From Balanoglossus misakiensis (Eukaryota > Animalia > Hemichordata): 64,000 bases of DNA. Where the stretch lies: NCBI GenBank assembly GCA_040954595.2, contig CM082576.2:9365129-9429128 (forward strand), read 5' to 3'. Numbering within the stretch: the stretch's first letter is position 1; the number at the start of each line of letters is the position of its first letter. The translations under genes were made by a program, and so were the position numbers. Positions 1 to 11,151 of the stretch are shown here, one piece after another. The notes below the pieces were generated by a model. The model was not told where the DNA came from. It made no database searches and worked only from the letters and a program-made list of their open reading frames with translations.

Positions 1-280
1 ACGTATATGCTCCCCTCCCACGGGACAAAATGTACACGTCCTCAACACAGATTTTTGATCGAATTATCTTGGAAACGTCACGCTTGAAATATGTCCGATT
101 TTAGGGTGCCAGTTTTTGGCCGACGAAAAAAATATTTTATGACTCATCACTGGGTTAACATTCTCAAGAAGAATAACAATAGTCAACGACTGAAATCACG
201 GAGAACAGATATTCCTACCTGATACACAGTATCTAGCCTCTTGTGTTAACTTCGCCGTCGTAAAGATTGCCCGCTTTTAC

Positions 281-524
281 CGTGTGAAGTTCGTGATGGG
301 AAAATCAGTGGGGGTGTTGAGGGAGCTACGACAAGGACGGCGGCCTGAACTACGTGACAAAACCACTTTCCCATCCAAAGTTGCCAAGAATCTGCCGTCC
401 TCCTCAGTCCCGATATATTCCGGCTGAGACCCAGCCGGGCAGTGATGTCTGTGATCTCCTGGTGGTTTTACGCCCCGAGACGAGGTCACCGGTTCTTTTT
501 TTTTCACCCAACTTAAACCGTTTC
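281..524 (-). other. Candidate spliced exon (non-coding or 5'UTR) of a minus-strand transcript continuing off the left edge
   Basis: Minus-strand acceptor tagtttacag|G at 525-526 and donor CG|GTAAAA at 280 (alternative donor CAG|GTAGGA at 218). One frame is open (GNGLSWVKKKEPV...TNFTR) but matches no protein I recognise. Confidence 0.3.
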
Positions 525-719
525 CTGTAAACTATTACCGCTATTCACACGTTGATTTGCTCAACTATTTGTTTGCTTTTACTGTGATATACTACCCTGC
601 CCCTCCGTAAGTGATACGCCATTACGGCGCACAGGACAATTTGCTCAGCGGCAAATGATGGAAGTGGCCTGGGCGCTTCTGTACACACATGTGCGAGGAT
701 GGGGTCTTGACAACAGACA

Positions 720-731
720 CTGTCTGTCTGC

Positions 732-762
<31 letters not shown>
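720..762. repeat. Compound tetranucleotide microsatellite (CTGT)/(TGCT)n
   Basis: tgtctgtctgcctgcttgcttgcttgcttgcttgcttgcttg read directly. Confidence 0.95.
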
Positions 763-1394
763 AAAGGTGTGGATGCATAGTCACAGTATCATCCTTCGCT
801 AATGATGCACTGAAGCGTACCGGATTAGCTAAGTTTGGGTCATCATTTTCTATTTTCCAGCTCATATTGTGGGATAAATTCGATTACCGATCTACTTTTA
901 TTGGCAGAAATTGATAGGAAGACGAAGTAATTCGTTTTTATTTTTCTTCCTAAACCAGAGGTACCGCCTGCTACACAATTCGTCAAAACACTGATGTTAT
1001 AAACGGCAAGTTTTGCCACGAAATCCCGTCGCTACCAAAACTTACGTAAGCTAGCGCGACTGTTCAAGCTGCACACCTCCCTGTGTCAGACTGCTGGTCT
1101 GATTGTTATCAAATCGCCCGGAAAATTAATCGCATTGTGTGTTTTGATGGGACGGTAATTTAAAAAGGAATTGGTCGATAAAAATTCATGATCCGGGTAA
1201 TATCCATTACTGAATAGTCTGAAAATGAATTTCGCCGGCAACACGCTCGGAAAGCGCATCGTCTGACCCCGACAACCTTTTGGGGGCTGTCACCACGTCC
1301 AGCGCCGAACGCTCTCGTTCCCGTGGGCAAGGGCAAGGGGGATCTTCCCGTCGTGCCTTTCGACAGCGAAACGGTTCACTGAGCGCAGACTTAC

Positions 1395-1593
1395 CGACCG
1401 GTGTTGGGGGGATATCGCTGACGCGATGAAAACTTGGGGTCCAGGAATCTCGGCCAAAACACGGAACCTTGATCTCATTTGGGACATGTTGGGGAGCTTT
1501 GTGGGTCAGATGAAGTGATAACAGACAAGGAAAGACCGCTTTTAAGAGCAGAAAACGGATGGGTCACGGTCGAGCCGACACTCAGACGAGAGA
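1395..1593 (-). other. Candidate minus-strand exon (non-coding or UTR)
   Basis: Acceptor gccttttctcccag| at 1594-1595 and consensus donor CG|GTAAGT at 1394-1389. The body is GC-richer than its flanks. Confidence 0.35.
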
Positions 1594-1664
1594 CTGGGAG
1601 AAAAGGCGCATTTGAGCTTACAATTTTGGAAAGACAAGCAAAATGTTGCATCTTATTCCCTACT

Positions 1665-1796
1665 TTAAGATAATATGCACCAAGAAAATCAAAGTCTTAA
1701 ACTTATTTCTCATATTTTGCTTTTGCTCAAGTAATTTTTGATTATCCTTTCTTAAAATTCAGAATAGAAATTGGGTCGGGGGGTCACCGTGCAAAA
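1665..1796 (+). mobile_element. Degenerate 5' fragment of a TTAA-flanked non-autonomous DNA transposon (MITE-like)
   Basis: Begins ttaagataatatgcacc...aaagtcttaaactt...gggggtcaccgtgcaaa. From memory only, this resembles a high-copy TTAAGGTAG-terminus element of enteropneust genomes. No matching opposite terminus in the window. Confidence 0.3.
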
Positions 1797-2359
1797 TGAA
1801 GTTGTGAAGAGAGCGAACCACATCGGCTAATCTAGTCAACCGCGCCATAGAAAAATACGCGATAGTTTTCCAGATAAAAAAATATACTTATGCCAATAAA
1901 ATGCCACAAAAATGTTCTGCACTATACAAGTAAGCTCATGGACGACCACCGTCAGAGATTTCCACGGTAAAATCACATTATTCCAACAGCCAGAATACAA
2001 ACATTTCACAAATTCTATGACGAATACTGTTATTTTCGTCCCAGATGGACGGAACGTTTCTACTGTAATGTGTACATAGCGTGGTTTGGATTTCCAGCTG
2101 TACATACACGGGGCAATATGTAGAGTTGATCCAACTGCCACTGTACGTGGGATTTGGCCCGAAAGCTGACGCTAATTGAAAGCTTGGCTTGTCTCAAGAC
2201 ACGATTTTTTTCAGCTACTGTACAAGATGGATGTCCTAGGTTAACTATGTCGCGAAATTCTATATGTAATAACAGTTACTGACGTATTTTAACTTTACCG
2301 TTAAACTCAAGCATGAAATCAGGCCTCGACAATAGTGTGTCCGGAAAACGATGACGAAA

Positions 2360-2436
2360 ATGCTGATGATGCTGATGCTGATGGTGGTAGTGGTGGTGGT
2401 GGTGATGGTGATGGGGGAGGTGGTGGTGGTGGCGGC
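2360..2436. repeat. Imperfect trinucleotide repeat (GAT/GCT/GGT)n
   Basis: atgctgatgatgctgatgctgatggtggtagtggtggtggtggtgatggtgatg...ggtggtggtggcggc. Confidence 0.9.
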
Positions 2437-2998
2437 AACCACAGGGGAGAGGCAGTCAAAGAAACCTCAGGCTCGAACAGATGCTAAAGACGTTTTTCCT
2501 TATTTAATATCTCAATATCTACTGTTGCCATTCCACGTTGACGGCAAACCACAGAGTGATTGACTGTCTTGTGCCTCACGGGAGAATACCCGTCTCTTAA
2601 TGCCGAAGGCACTTGGAACTAACCGTGTCACTGAGAGGATTCTTGCCTACGAGTTCGAGGCTAAAACGCTTAGTTAGCACTGTGAGGGTTTAGCGTGAGA
2701 AACTCGTCCTGGGGTAAAATTGTGCGCTTTGTAAATGTGTACTTTGAAGAGGGGTCGAGTGGCGATCTCGATCCAATTTTTACCAAGCTTTCCTCGACTT
2801 GTCGCATATATCTGTTAAATTTCCATACGTAGAAAGTACACGGTTTATCCACTTCAACCTCTTCATAGTTTATCACAGCCCTCGTTCCCGCGATCTCTCC
2901 CACGGAACAGAACCAGCCCATTAAACTATCAAAATAATCATGTATGAATGTATACTTAAGTCTGTTGCTTCCCACTGTTTTGTCTCATGTCAGCGTAC

Positions 2999-3099
2999 CG
3001 TACAGTTTTTCCTCATTTGTCTAAGGTGACCTCTGACTTCTGCGGTTTCGGGACACACGTTGCAGACATGGCCGATGACTGAGGAACCAACACACGCAG
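2999..3099 (-). other. Candidate 101-nt minus-strand exon
   Basis: Strong acceptor ttttttttctcacag| at 3100-3101 and moderate donor ACG|GTACGC at 2998-2993. Confidence 0.35.
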
Positions 3100-3944
3100 C
3101 TGTGAGAAAAAAAACCTTGACAAAGTTCGCGATTTTTTCCTTCCTTCCGGATACTGCATATCTGTCCAGTATAAGCCGGCCGGGAAAACCAATTGGGGTC
3201 AAATGAGTCAAATAATTCCGAGTTACTATGGAGTCAAAAGGGTCATAAAAAGTCGCCAGTTTGACTTTTCTATATAAAAAAAAACCAACTAATGGACATC
3301 TTGGCCCATAAAGCGGCGTCACCTGGAATATCGGACCTGTCAACTGAGGGATTCTACCCAGTCGAGACGGGGGCGGGAGAGCTACCTCCAATTCGAGGAC
3401 TATTGACCCCTCAACGTAAAAAGGGCACACTGACTCCCCAGATACCAACTTTACTCGGGGATAAAGTGGGTTCGATCCTGGCTTTGGTAAATTATGTCTG
3501 TCTTCTCAGCTCCCATAAAGCTTATTTCAGCTGAGCATGCGGCGTGATGATAACGGTGACTGCGGCTTCGCAACGCTTCGCTAGAGACACTCTTAAAACT
3601 TTGCGCGTGGTCTCTTAGTGGGTATGTTCAAGTCATAGATGGCGATTACCTTCGCAGCAGGTGTATTTAATCGTACAAGTTCTATCAACCCGTTTGTTTC
3701 CAACAACCCCGCAGACAAAATATTAAGCGGACGATTTTGTAAGCGCAGTCACTCGGAGATCGGTGACTATAGTGGGGATGGGGGAGGGGTGATGAATTCT
3801 TTCGACGGAGTAATTTCTCCGTCGAAGCATGCGCATCTCCTGCAGAATGATGGCATTACCGCGCTGCCTCATCCGGGGCAGCGGTCCGCTCAAAGGGAAG
3901 GCGTACAGAAGGGGGAACTTTGAAGACAAAAATACTTGACTTAC

Positions 3945-4015
3945 TTGTGCAGCTTGGCTTCCACTCGATTTGGTCTCTTCCCCACAATCCACCTTTCTCC
4001 ATCCAGCCGGGTTTG
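3945..4015 (-). other. Candidate short first exon of the minus-strand transcript
   Basis: Consensus donor AA|GTAAGT at 3944-3939, directly next to a CCAAT/GC-box cluster. Contains an ATG at 4002 (MEKGGLWGRDQIEWKPSCT). The 5' end is approximate. Confidence 0.35.
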
Positions 4016-4019
4016 TTAA

Positions 4020-4101
4020 ACTGCCAATGTGGCCTCGCTCCGCCCATTCCTTATCGTCAATCGGCGCCTCTCCCATTGTTTTACTAGACTACTATCAATC
4101 C
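4020..4101. promoter_or_regulatory. Candidate TATA-less, possibly bidirectional core promoter
   Basis: CCAAT at 4024-4028, GC box TCCGCCC at 4039-4045, and CAAT-like TCAAT near 4057 and 4095. Outward-pointing consensus splice donors lie on both sides. Confidence 0.4.
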
Positions 4102-7100
4102 AGGTTAAAGGTCCAAACAAGTCCGACGGTGAGTGGAACACTCATTCATGCTATATTGACCTCGGTGGCTGTCGGGACGCAGGTCACAATCCGAGTCTCT
4201 GGGGTTCTAGACAGTGGCTTCTCGGAGCGAAATAACAAATAATACCTATCCTCTTGTTTAGACGCTCTTAGGCCGCTGCCATATAAACCGACTTCTCACC
4301 AATCCCTACGGAAGGAAAAAAATGGAAAATATTAATCTCTGGAATATCCGTTGCGCGGGAAATAAAAGCTACTTTTCGTCTCTTTTTGAAATGCTCTCGG
4401 GAGCGAGTTGGGCTAATCCCCGGCAAGGGTCCACCAATTAACGGCACGCTACTCATTGTCTACGTCTTAAAAATATAAGCTAGGATGTAGAACGCTGCGC
4501 TTATCGGCGTTCTTAGTCCAGCTCCGATTTGGGTTTTCTGCGAGCTATCCAGCCTAATCCGTGTGCCACAATGGAAAAAAGCCCTGAAACGTAATATTTT
4601 GCCTTTTCGCAATTTCCATGTGACTAAAAACAAAAAAAAATCAACGAGAAGCCAATATCATCACTTCGAACAAGTGTGAACGTTTGGAAGACGTCGACTA
4701 TCTATGTAGGTTATTCCGTACTGCAATTCATCCACGGTATTATATAAACAATTCGTGATCGTAGTTCGGGACCTACCGACCGTGGACACCGTTGGAGGGG
4801 GGGGGGGTGCTAAGAAGTTTCTTGTGTGACTATAAGCGGCGAACGGAACGTATTTCAAATCCGACACGGGTTGCCTCGGTTCTTGCCATCTAGATTATAA
4901 GTCTGGACGGAGGCCATTTTCAAAACTAACGTCTACCATTATCGAAATGATCACAATCCCCATCATCAGCAATATTATGCAAAGTAGCCGAGGCGGCAAC
5001 TTCAAAAGACCGCTTACGGCCGCAGGCATTTTCCAAGCGTCGAATATCTTAATTGCTTTAATATTTATGACAGTATGGTGCACCGAAGTCTTTAATGGCG
5101 GAATTATTAATATCACGGGTAGAATGGAGCCGGGGATGGGGAATGCAAGGATCAGGGTGAATAATTCACTAAGAATATACGCGCAAAGCCGGGATCCTAT
5201 TTAACCAATGCACATCTAATATCCGGCCGACAGACAACGGTATCCATCTAACTTAGTCCTTTCTATTACGCAGGTTATGAAAACAACAGGAGCGGCCGGT
5301 CGACTGCGCAGGGGTAATGCGGCAGAAAGTTAGCGTTCGTGACAGCACTGATCAATCGATGTGGCAATGAGTTTAACAAAGGGGCGCATATTTTAAGAAA
5401 AAAAAGATGAACGCCTTTCATCGATCGCTTATAGTTTCGGTCCTCAGACAATAAGTAAATGTCCCGCCGAGTGAACAGGACATATGTTCTGGAGAAGTTG
5501 AACGCTCACTATCGTCAACAGAATCTGCCAATTGATCTCGACCATCCCGTTCACTCAAGCCTATAAAATCGCGCTCTGACGTCGACGGGAGTCTCGAGAC
5601 AGACACACGCGCGCACGTGTCTCCCCATAAACGATTATTGAATATCCGCCGCATCCCTTTTATTCTTTGATGAAGGTCTTTTGTTGCGACACATCATTAT
5701 CAGTTGTTTTAAACGGTTATCCATATTCTACTCGTTAAACACATTTGAGCCTATTAATTCTGTCTCATCGTCCTCATTACATAACACTTTAAAATCGCCA
5801 ACCATCTGGTCGCGTTGAGGACTATTATGTTTTTTGTTGTTGTTGCAATAAATGGATAATGAGCGATTGAAAGGACCCATTTAGCAGCGGATTATAGCCA
5901 AGCAGTGGCCCTACTTAAAGTAATAAAACACAAATGTGTAAAACGTTGACAATGCGAAGTTTGTTGATTTCGCAGACCCAAATCAGTTGCGGAGAAAAGT
6001 TTGACACGCCCCCTTTTTTGATAATTTCACTTTGTGAGGGGGGGGGGGGGCAGTAATACCCTATCAATATTACTGAGCAAGTGTGATGTTTTATACATGC
6101 ACATGGCGCGGATGCAGCTATTGCGTTACTATCCCGGGGGCAGGAATGAGATACCGAAAAACCCAATCAACGAGACGCTTCTTTCATAATTCTTTCATGT
6201 TTTAATTCTGGATCGAGCTCATCTCAGCTCGTCGAAACCCCAATCTCCGTATTGTGTGTTCCATTTCTTAGCTCTGATGATATTGTGGACGGAGCCTCGT
6301 TTTTCCATCAATGGTCCTCAATGGATAGTGCGTGACCCCCGGGGGCAGACGTAGAGTAGTCGTCTGCACACTGTCTTTGCAACAACAACAAAAAGGGGGG
6401 AAAACTGCACTCGATGTGTCTTGCCCCAGCACAAACACCCAGCAGATGAAGTATGACTCATAATATATCCGCTGTTGTCAGTTTTATGGCGACCACTCAG
6501 TGTTTCCCGCCTTTCTCTAACACGTCATCACCTGCCTGCAGACCGCCCTACTCTCTATTCGCAAAAAAATCCACCATAAACCAGGAACCGCGCTGAACAA
6601 AATACCCGTCGTCTGGTTACTTGTATAGTAACACGTGCAGGCGAGCTATCAATACACAACCCCAGCGTGAGGTACACCGCGCTTTTATTCGCTGAAGTAC
6701 CATATGGAATTGTTGTACTCCTGAGCGACATTTTTACGAGAACGGCGAACCAGTGTGACGATTTACGAGTTAACTCCGGGTCAACGACTCGTCAAATAAA
6801 GGCCTTGTTTCCTGATTTCGGCAATTTTCGACATTTCTAAGCAAATGATACAGCAGTTAAGTTTCAATTTGGCATTGATTTTTTCTTAATTATGTACGTG
6901 ACCTCTCGAAGTCACAATTGCCGTCGCAACGCTCCCATCTGCCAGCACTCGGTCGAGACAAATGGCGAAATTAAAGTAGAAAACTGCTTCCTGATCCAAA
7001 AAAAAACCCCGACTCTGCTCCGAATTATTTCGTTACTCGCTGACACGTTTTCCACACCAGACATTACTCATTACAAAAGTCAAGGCGACAGTTATCACAA

Positions 7101-7105
7101 TACCG

Positions 7106-7123
7106 TACCCAGAATGCACCGCG
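7106..7123 (+). promoter_or_regulatory. Staf/ZNF143-type binding site
   Basis: TACCCAGAATGCACCGCG closely fits the established Staf binding consensus (YYCCCAnnATGCAYYGCG) over 18 bp. Confidence 0.5.
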
Positions 7124-9821
7124 AGGCATTAGGTACACGACCCCGGTGTAACTGTTCTACCAGGATTTAGTTGAGGGGAGAAAGCGAATACGAAAATACT
7201 TGTGTGGTTCTTTGCATAAAATCGACACACGGAGTGCGCGGACTCGGAGATTCACAGAAACATAAATAATAGCAGAGAAGTTCCAAATTGATCTAAATGT
7301 CTGACAGAACACAAAAGAGCCACTTTGATAAATATGGCCCTAATCACCACCATCATTACCGAATTACACACAGAATACCGTTAGCATTAATTTCGGCGAA
7401 TAATCACTATCAAAATAGCTCCCTGTTCATTGACTTTCATCCGAAGCAGATTTTGATTAAATAAGCGTCAATCAACCCGTTGTTACCCGGTTTAATTTGA
7501 TTAAATTTGTTTTTGCAGCAAAAAGTAGTGCTTACTTTCATAGCGAAGTACGTGTAGTCTTTTTAGAGTGAATAAAAGTTGAAAGAAAAGAACAAAGCTG
7601 AATCTGAAATGTGTGTGTCGCCTGGCTCCTCGGGAAGTAGCCGAAAACACCCGAGGAGTCATCATGAAGAGCGGCAGAGAGAGAACCGACGTGCACGCGT
7701 ACAGCGACAAAAGTTGCAATGATATATCGGTTTCCATAATTTCCTTACTGGCGCGGGTGCATTTTCTCTTCATATGATATTTATACAGACGTTTTTATAT
7801 TCAGTGCGCAATATCCACCGGCCACAAACCGTCGTCGCCATGGGAATCATTTTACCCGATTGGCTTGATCACGTGACAGGCGCATAAAACAACCAAGTTC
7901 AGGTGGCACTGTCACACACCACGTAACTAAATTGGAGGCTTTACGATCACGCCGTATAAATCACTGCCGCAAATATCGTCGCCCGCCGTATTTTTTATTT
8001 TTTTTACGGCGGGCGAGGAAATTCAACGCGGTGGCGACCTGGATTGAGCAGAAATGTGCGATTTCTTGCGTGGTAGCATCGCGCGCAAACTCGGAGTCGC
8101 CCTTCCGTGTCGTCTGCGCACAAATGCACGACGACAGCACAAAAGGGCGCCAAACAATGAGTAGTGCGGGATATTCCACAAATCATCGTGAAAGTGTATT
8201 CCAACCATCACTTGGATAAGCGGCGAGCATTCGAGTCGCATGCGGAAAACGTAAACATACAAATCTTCGCTCAAACACCGCTGTGTCTTAGTAAAGCTTG
8301 ACAACGCTTCTAATTCTACGCTTGACCACGGAGTCAATAGTAATGTTATTATTTCACATTTTGTCTGACTTTGGATATAAGCGTTGCGATCCCATTTCGC
8401 ATTTTTCAAGACGCGTGTTTTTGCCCTAGTTTGGATGAAAACATTTCTGACCTATTCAGGTGCAATTCTTTCGCCATGTACATTACAGCTATAATCCGTT
8501 TCACATTCCACCGTGATTGCATCCTTTAAACAAAGGAAACCGAGTAAGAACGTAAGCCGTAAAAAATGAGATGGAAACAGGCAATCCAGTTACTTTATGA
8601 TATTTTTTTTATATTTTTACGACACGTCCTACACAAGAGAAAACCTGGCCCCAGTGAAAAAAATTACCACGGCCTCACAATTTGACAAGAACCGCGGCTC
8701 CGCTGACCATAAAACCCCCGGTAGAAAGTAAATGCAGTTGGTGTATTTACCTTACAGATTGGCAATAAATTTTCGCTTCCTCGGCGACTGTGTTAAAATG
8801 TGCCGATAACGGGGGCAACTCAGAAAGTCGTAAACTGGAAAGAGAACGCATTGTCGTACAATACGTATCGCGGTAATGATATTACCCATCAATGATATTA
8901 TCGCGCCGTAAAAGGGCGGTGCGAAACGATTTGTACGGTGCGCTGTGTTGATTGTGCGTCGATCAAAGTCTGCGAGTCGATTGTGTTTCTTTTCTCTGAT
9001 GGATATGAGTGATGCATGATGTGTTACTCAGCGCGGCGCGTACCGTGAAAGTGCGCGTACCGGACGTGAACGGACAAGAAAATCGCATTAGCTCGGGGTA
9101 TTTGGCGTTTCAGCTTCACCCTAACCGTGCTGAAACACTGTGGCAGGTCGTGATCGTAAATTACCAACCCGACACCCGACGTTTTCTAATTTCCTGGAAA
9201 CAAACGTCGGTGGCTCGTTCCTTCCCCGAGAATTTATCGCTTCTTCCCATATTTTTATTGCGATTTTTGGTCCTTCGATTCGCAAAAGTATTTTTTGTGG
9301 CGACAGACGCAGTGTGAATCACAGTATCGCTATCGCTCTGTTCAACTGAATCTACGTTCAACAGTGAGATCGTCTTCTCCAGTTCTTTAACCAACAGATG
9401 CTGTTTCGGACAGCAAAAAGGCAAACAAAACAAACGAAACAATAAAGAAAATTTGAAACTCGAAATACACGGATTAAATTCCACCGAGTACGCCGCTGCA
9501 CACTAAAAAAGTAACATAAAAACCAACTACTCTTAAATCATGCCGCACTGTGCAAGGTTTTTGTCAACTGCAAATCGACTGAATAAATCTAACGCATTGG
9601 AAATTGGCCTATTTATCTTGTCCCCGACTTCTTATAAAATATAAACACGTACACACTGGAGCGTACAAACTGGTCTGTTACTCCCAGTGGGAGCCGCAGT
9701 AAATCAGCGAAGCATTTACCTCTCTCTCTCTGTTCTGTGATGGATGTGGCACAAACCCAGAGACGCTGGATTCCTGGGACCTCCTTGAAGTTGTCGAAAG
9801 GTGTGACCTGGTGTCAGGAGT

Positions 9822-10007
9822 CACCGGACCGGAGTGGTCTTGTTGTTAAGCACTTGGCTTCAGCTCGGAGAAAAACAGGCGCAGTCGCAACGGTACTCGG
9901 TTCCACACCTCACCGGGGTGCAATGTGTCGGTTGCCCGGTCGTGTGTAAGCAAACACGCGTATATGATTCAGCCGTACGCAGAAAGAGAGAGAGTGTGTG
10001 TGTGTGT
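9822..10007 (+). mobile_element. tRNA-derived SINE-like relic
   Basis: Pol III A-box-like TGGTCTTGTTGTTAAG (9835-9850) and B-box-like GGTTCCACACC (9899-9909), then a ~70-bp unrelated body and a (GA)n(GT)n tail (9981-10007). It does not fold into a full cloverleaf and has no clear TSD. Confidence 0.5.
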
Positions 10008-11080
10008 TGGTGATGCCCAGAACCCGCGAACAAAAGATGACAAAGACCAACGACAAATTATCATTGAGCTGAATAACAAATGCGAGCGAATGGGGTGGGC
10101 GGGGATTCTGACATCCGCGAATGATAAGAAATATGGGGGCTTGGGCTGGATTTGTATTTCATTATAATACTTATATATACGCTGGTAAGAAAATCATACC
10201 CCCGAACAAGCCATGTGCATACCCCTTAGGAATAACATGAACTTGACAGATGCCCATTTATGGAAGCTGAAACTAATAGAATAAGTCTGCTCATTGGAGA
10301 TATCGGTTTGCCAGGAAGACACAATTTTTGGATTACGCAAACATTGGTTGAGTATTCGATGACAAAAAGCCGTAAAATCCATTACATTTTAATAGCGTCC
10401 CTTATGTTCATTTCAGTTTTCATAGCCCATCAGTCTTTTTTTGTCAATTCCGAGGATTCGTTAATAGCCATACTTTTTTGTGCGCGCGCAAGGAGGTGGT
10501 ATCTGTCAATAGGGCTGATTTCAGGTGGGAGCTATGCGCCAATGTTATCTGGCTCGGCAGCTCATCTGGCAAAGCGAACAGAGATATTTTTGAGAAAGCT
10601 GTGGATGATGCTATACATCGCGTGGAAGCCAATGGACTGGAGAGTAAGAGGGATGCAGGACAGCAGAAAGACCCAATTTTTTGTCGCACCAGAACGTCGT
10701 CATATATTGAACACAATGCACACAGCGCCCTGTCACTCGGAGCCGCAGTTTTGCAAATGTCTGTATAATGGAGACTGATTCACTGTTGAAGAGCCTTTAA
10801 TTGGAATTTTGTGAGTGCCTATCAGGGGGATGTTATCAGCGATAAATTGATGAAAAAAATGTAAGTGCTACCCTTTGTTGCACTACAGCGGGCGGAGAAC
10901 GAACTACATTGCGGACACAATACGGCCGACTGATGGCGTGATGAATATACACCGGCATGCAAGGCCGGGCGCGCGGGACCGCCCACCGGGGCGGCCTTTG
11001 TGATCACCACGTGGACGGGGTGAATGACAGTTTGAAGTAGTATTTAAAGGTGCAATTGCCGTTGCTTAACATTCGGCTGA

Positions 11081-11151
11081 CTCATGTCAGCTCAGCTTTT
11101 GAAAAGCAAAACACTCCTCGTGTCAGCTCAGCTTTAAAAAGCAAAACACCC
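11081..11151. repeat. Tandem duplication of a ~36-bp unit (2 copies)
   Basis: ctcatgtcagctcagcttttgaaaagcaaaacactc followed by ctcgtgtcagctcagctttaaaaagcaaaacaccc. Confidence 0.9.

Noticed and set aside
2260-2563. Poly-Thr and poly-Val ORFs (also poly-Leu/Val at 60579-60828)
   Set aside because: Artefacts of trinucleotide microsatellites.
3469-3479. B-box-like GGTTCGATCCT (similar one at 47422)
   Set aside because: No A box or cloverleaf upstream, so not a tRNA gene.
10260-10778. Longest ORF (172 aa) and overlapping 96-aa ORF
   Set aside because: No recognisable domain, random-looking composition and no convincing flanking splice signals. The length is plausible by chance in 64 kb.
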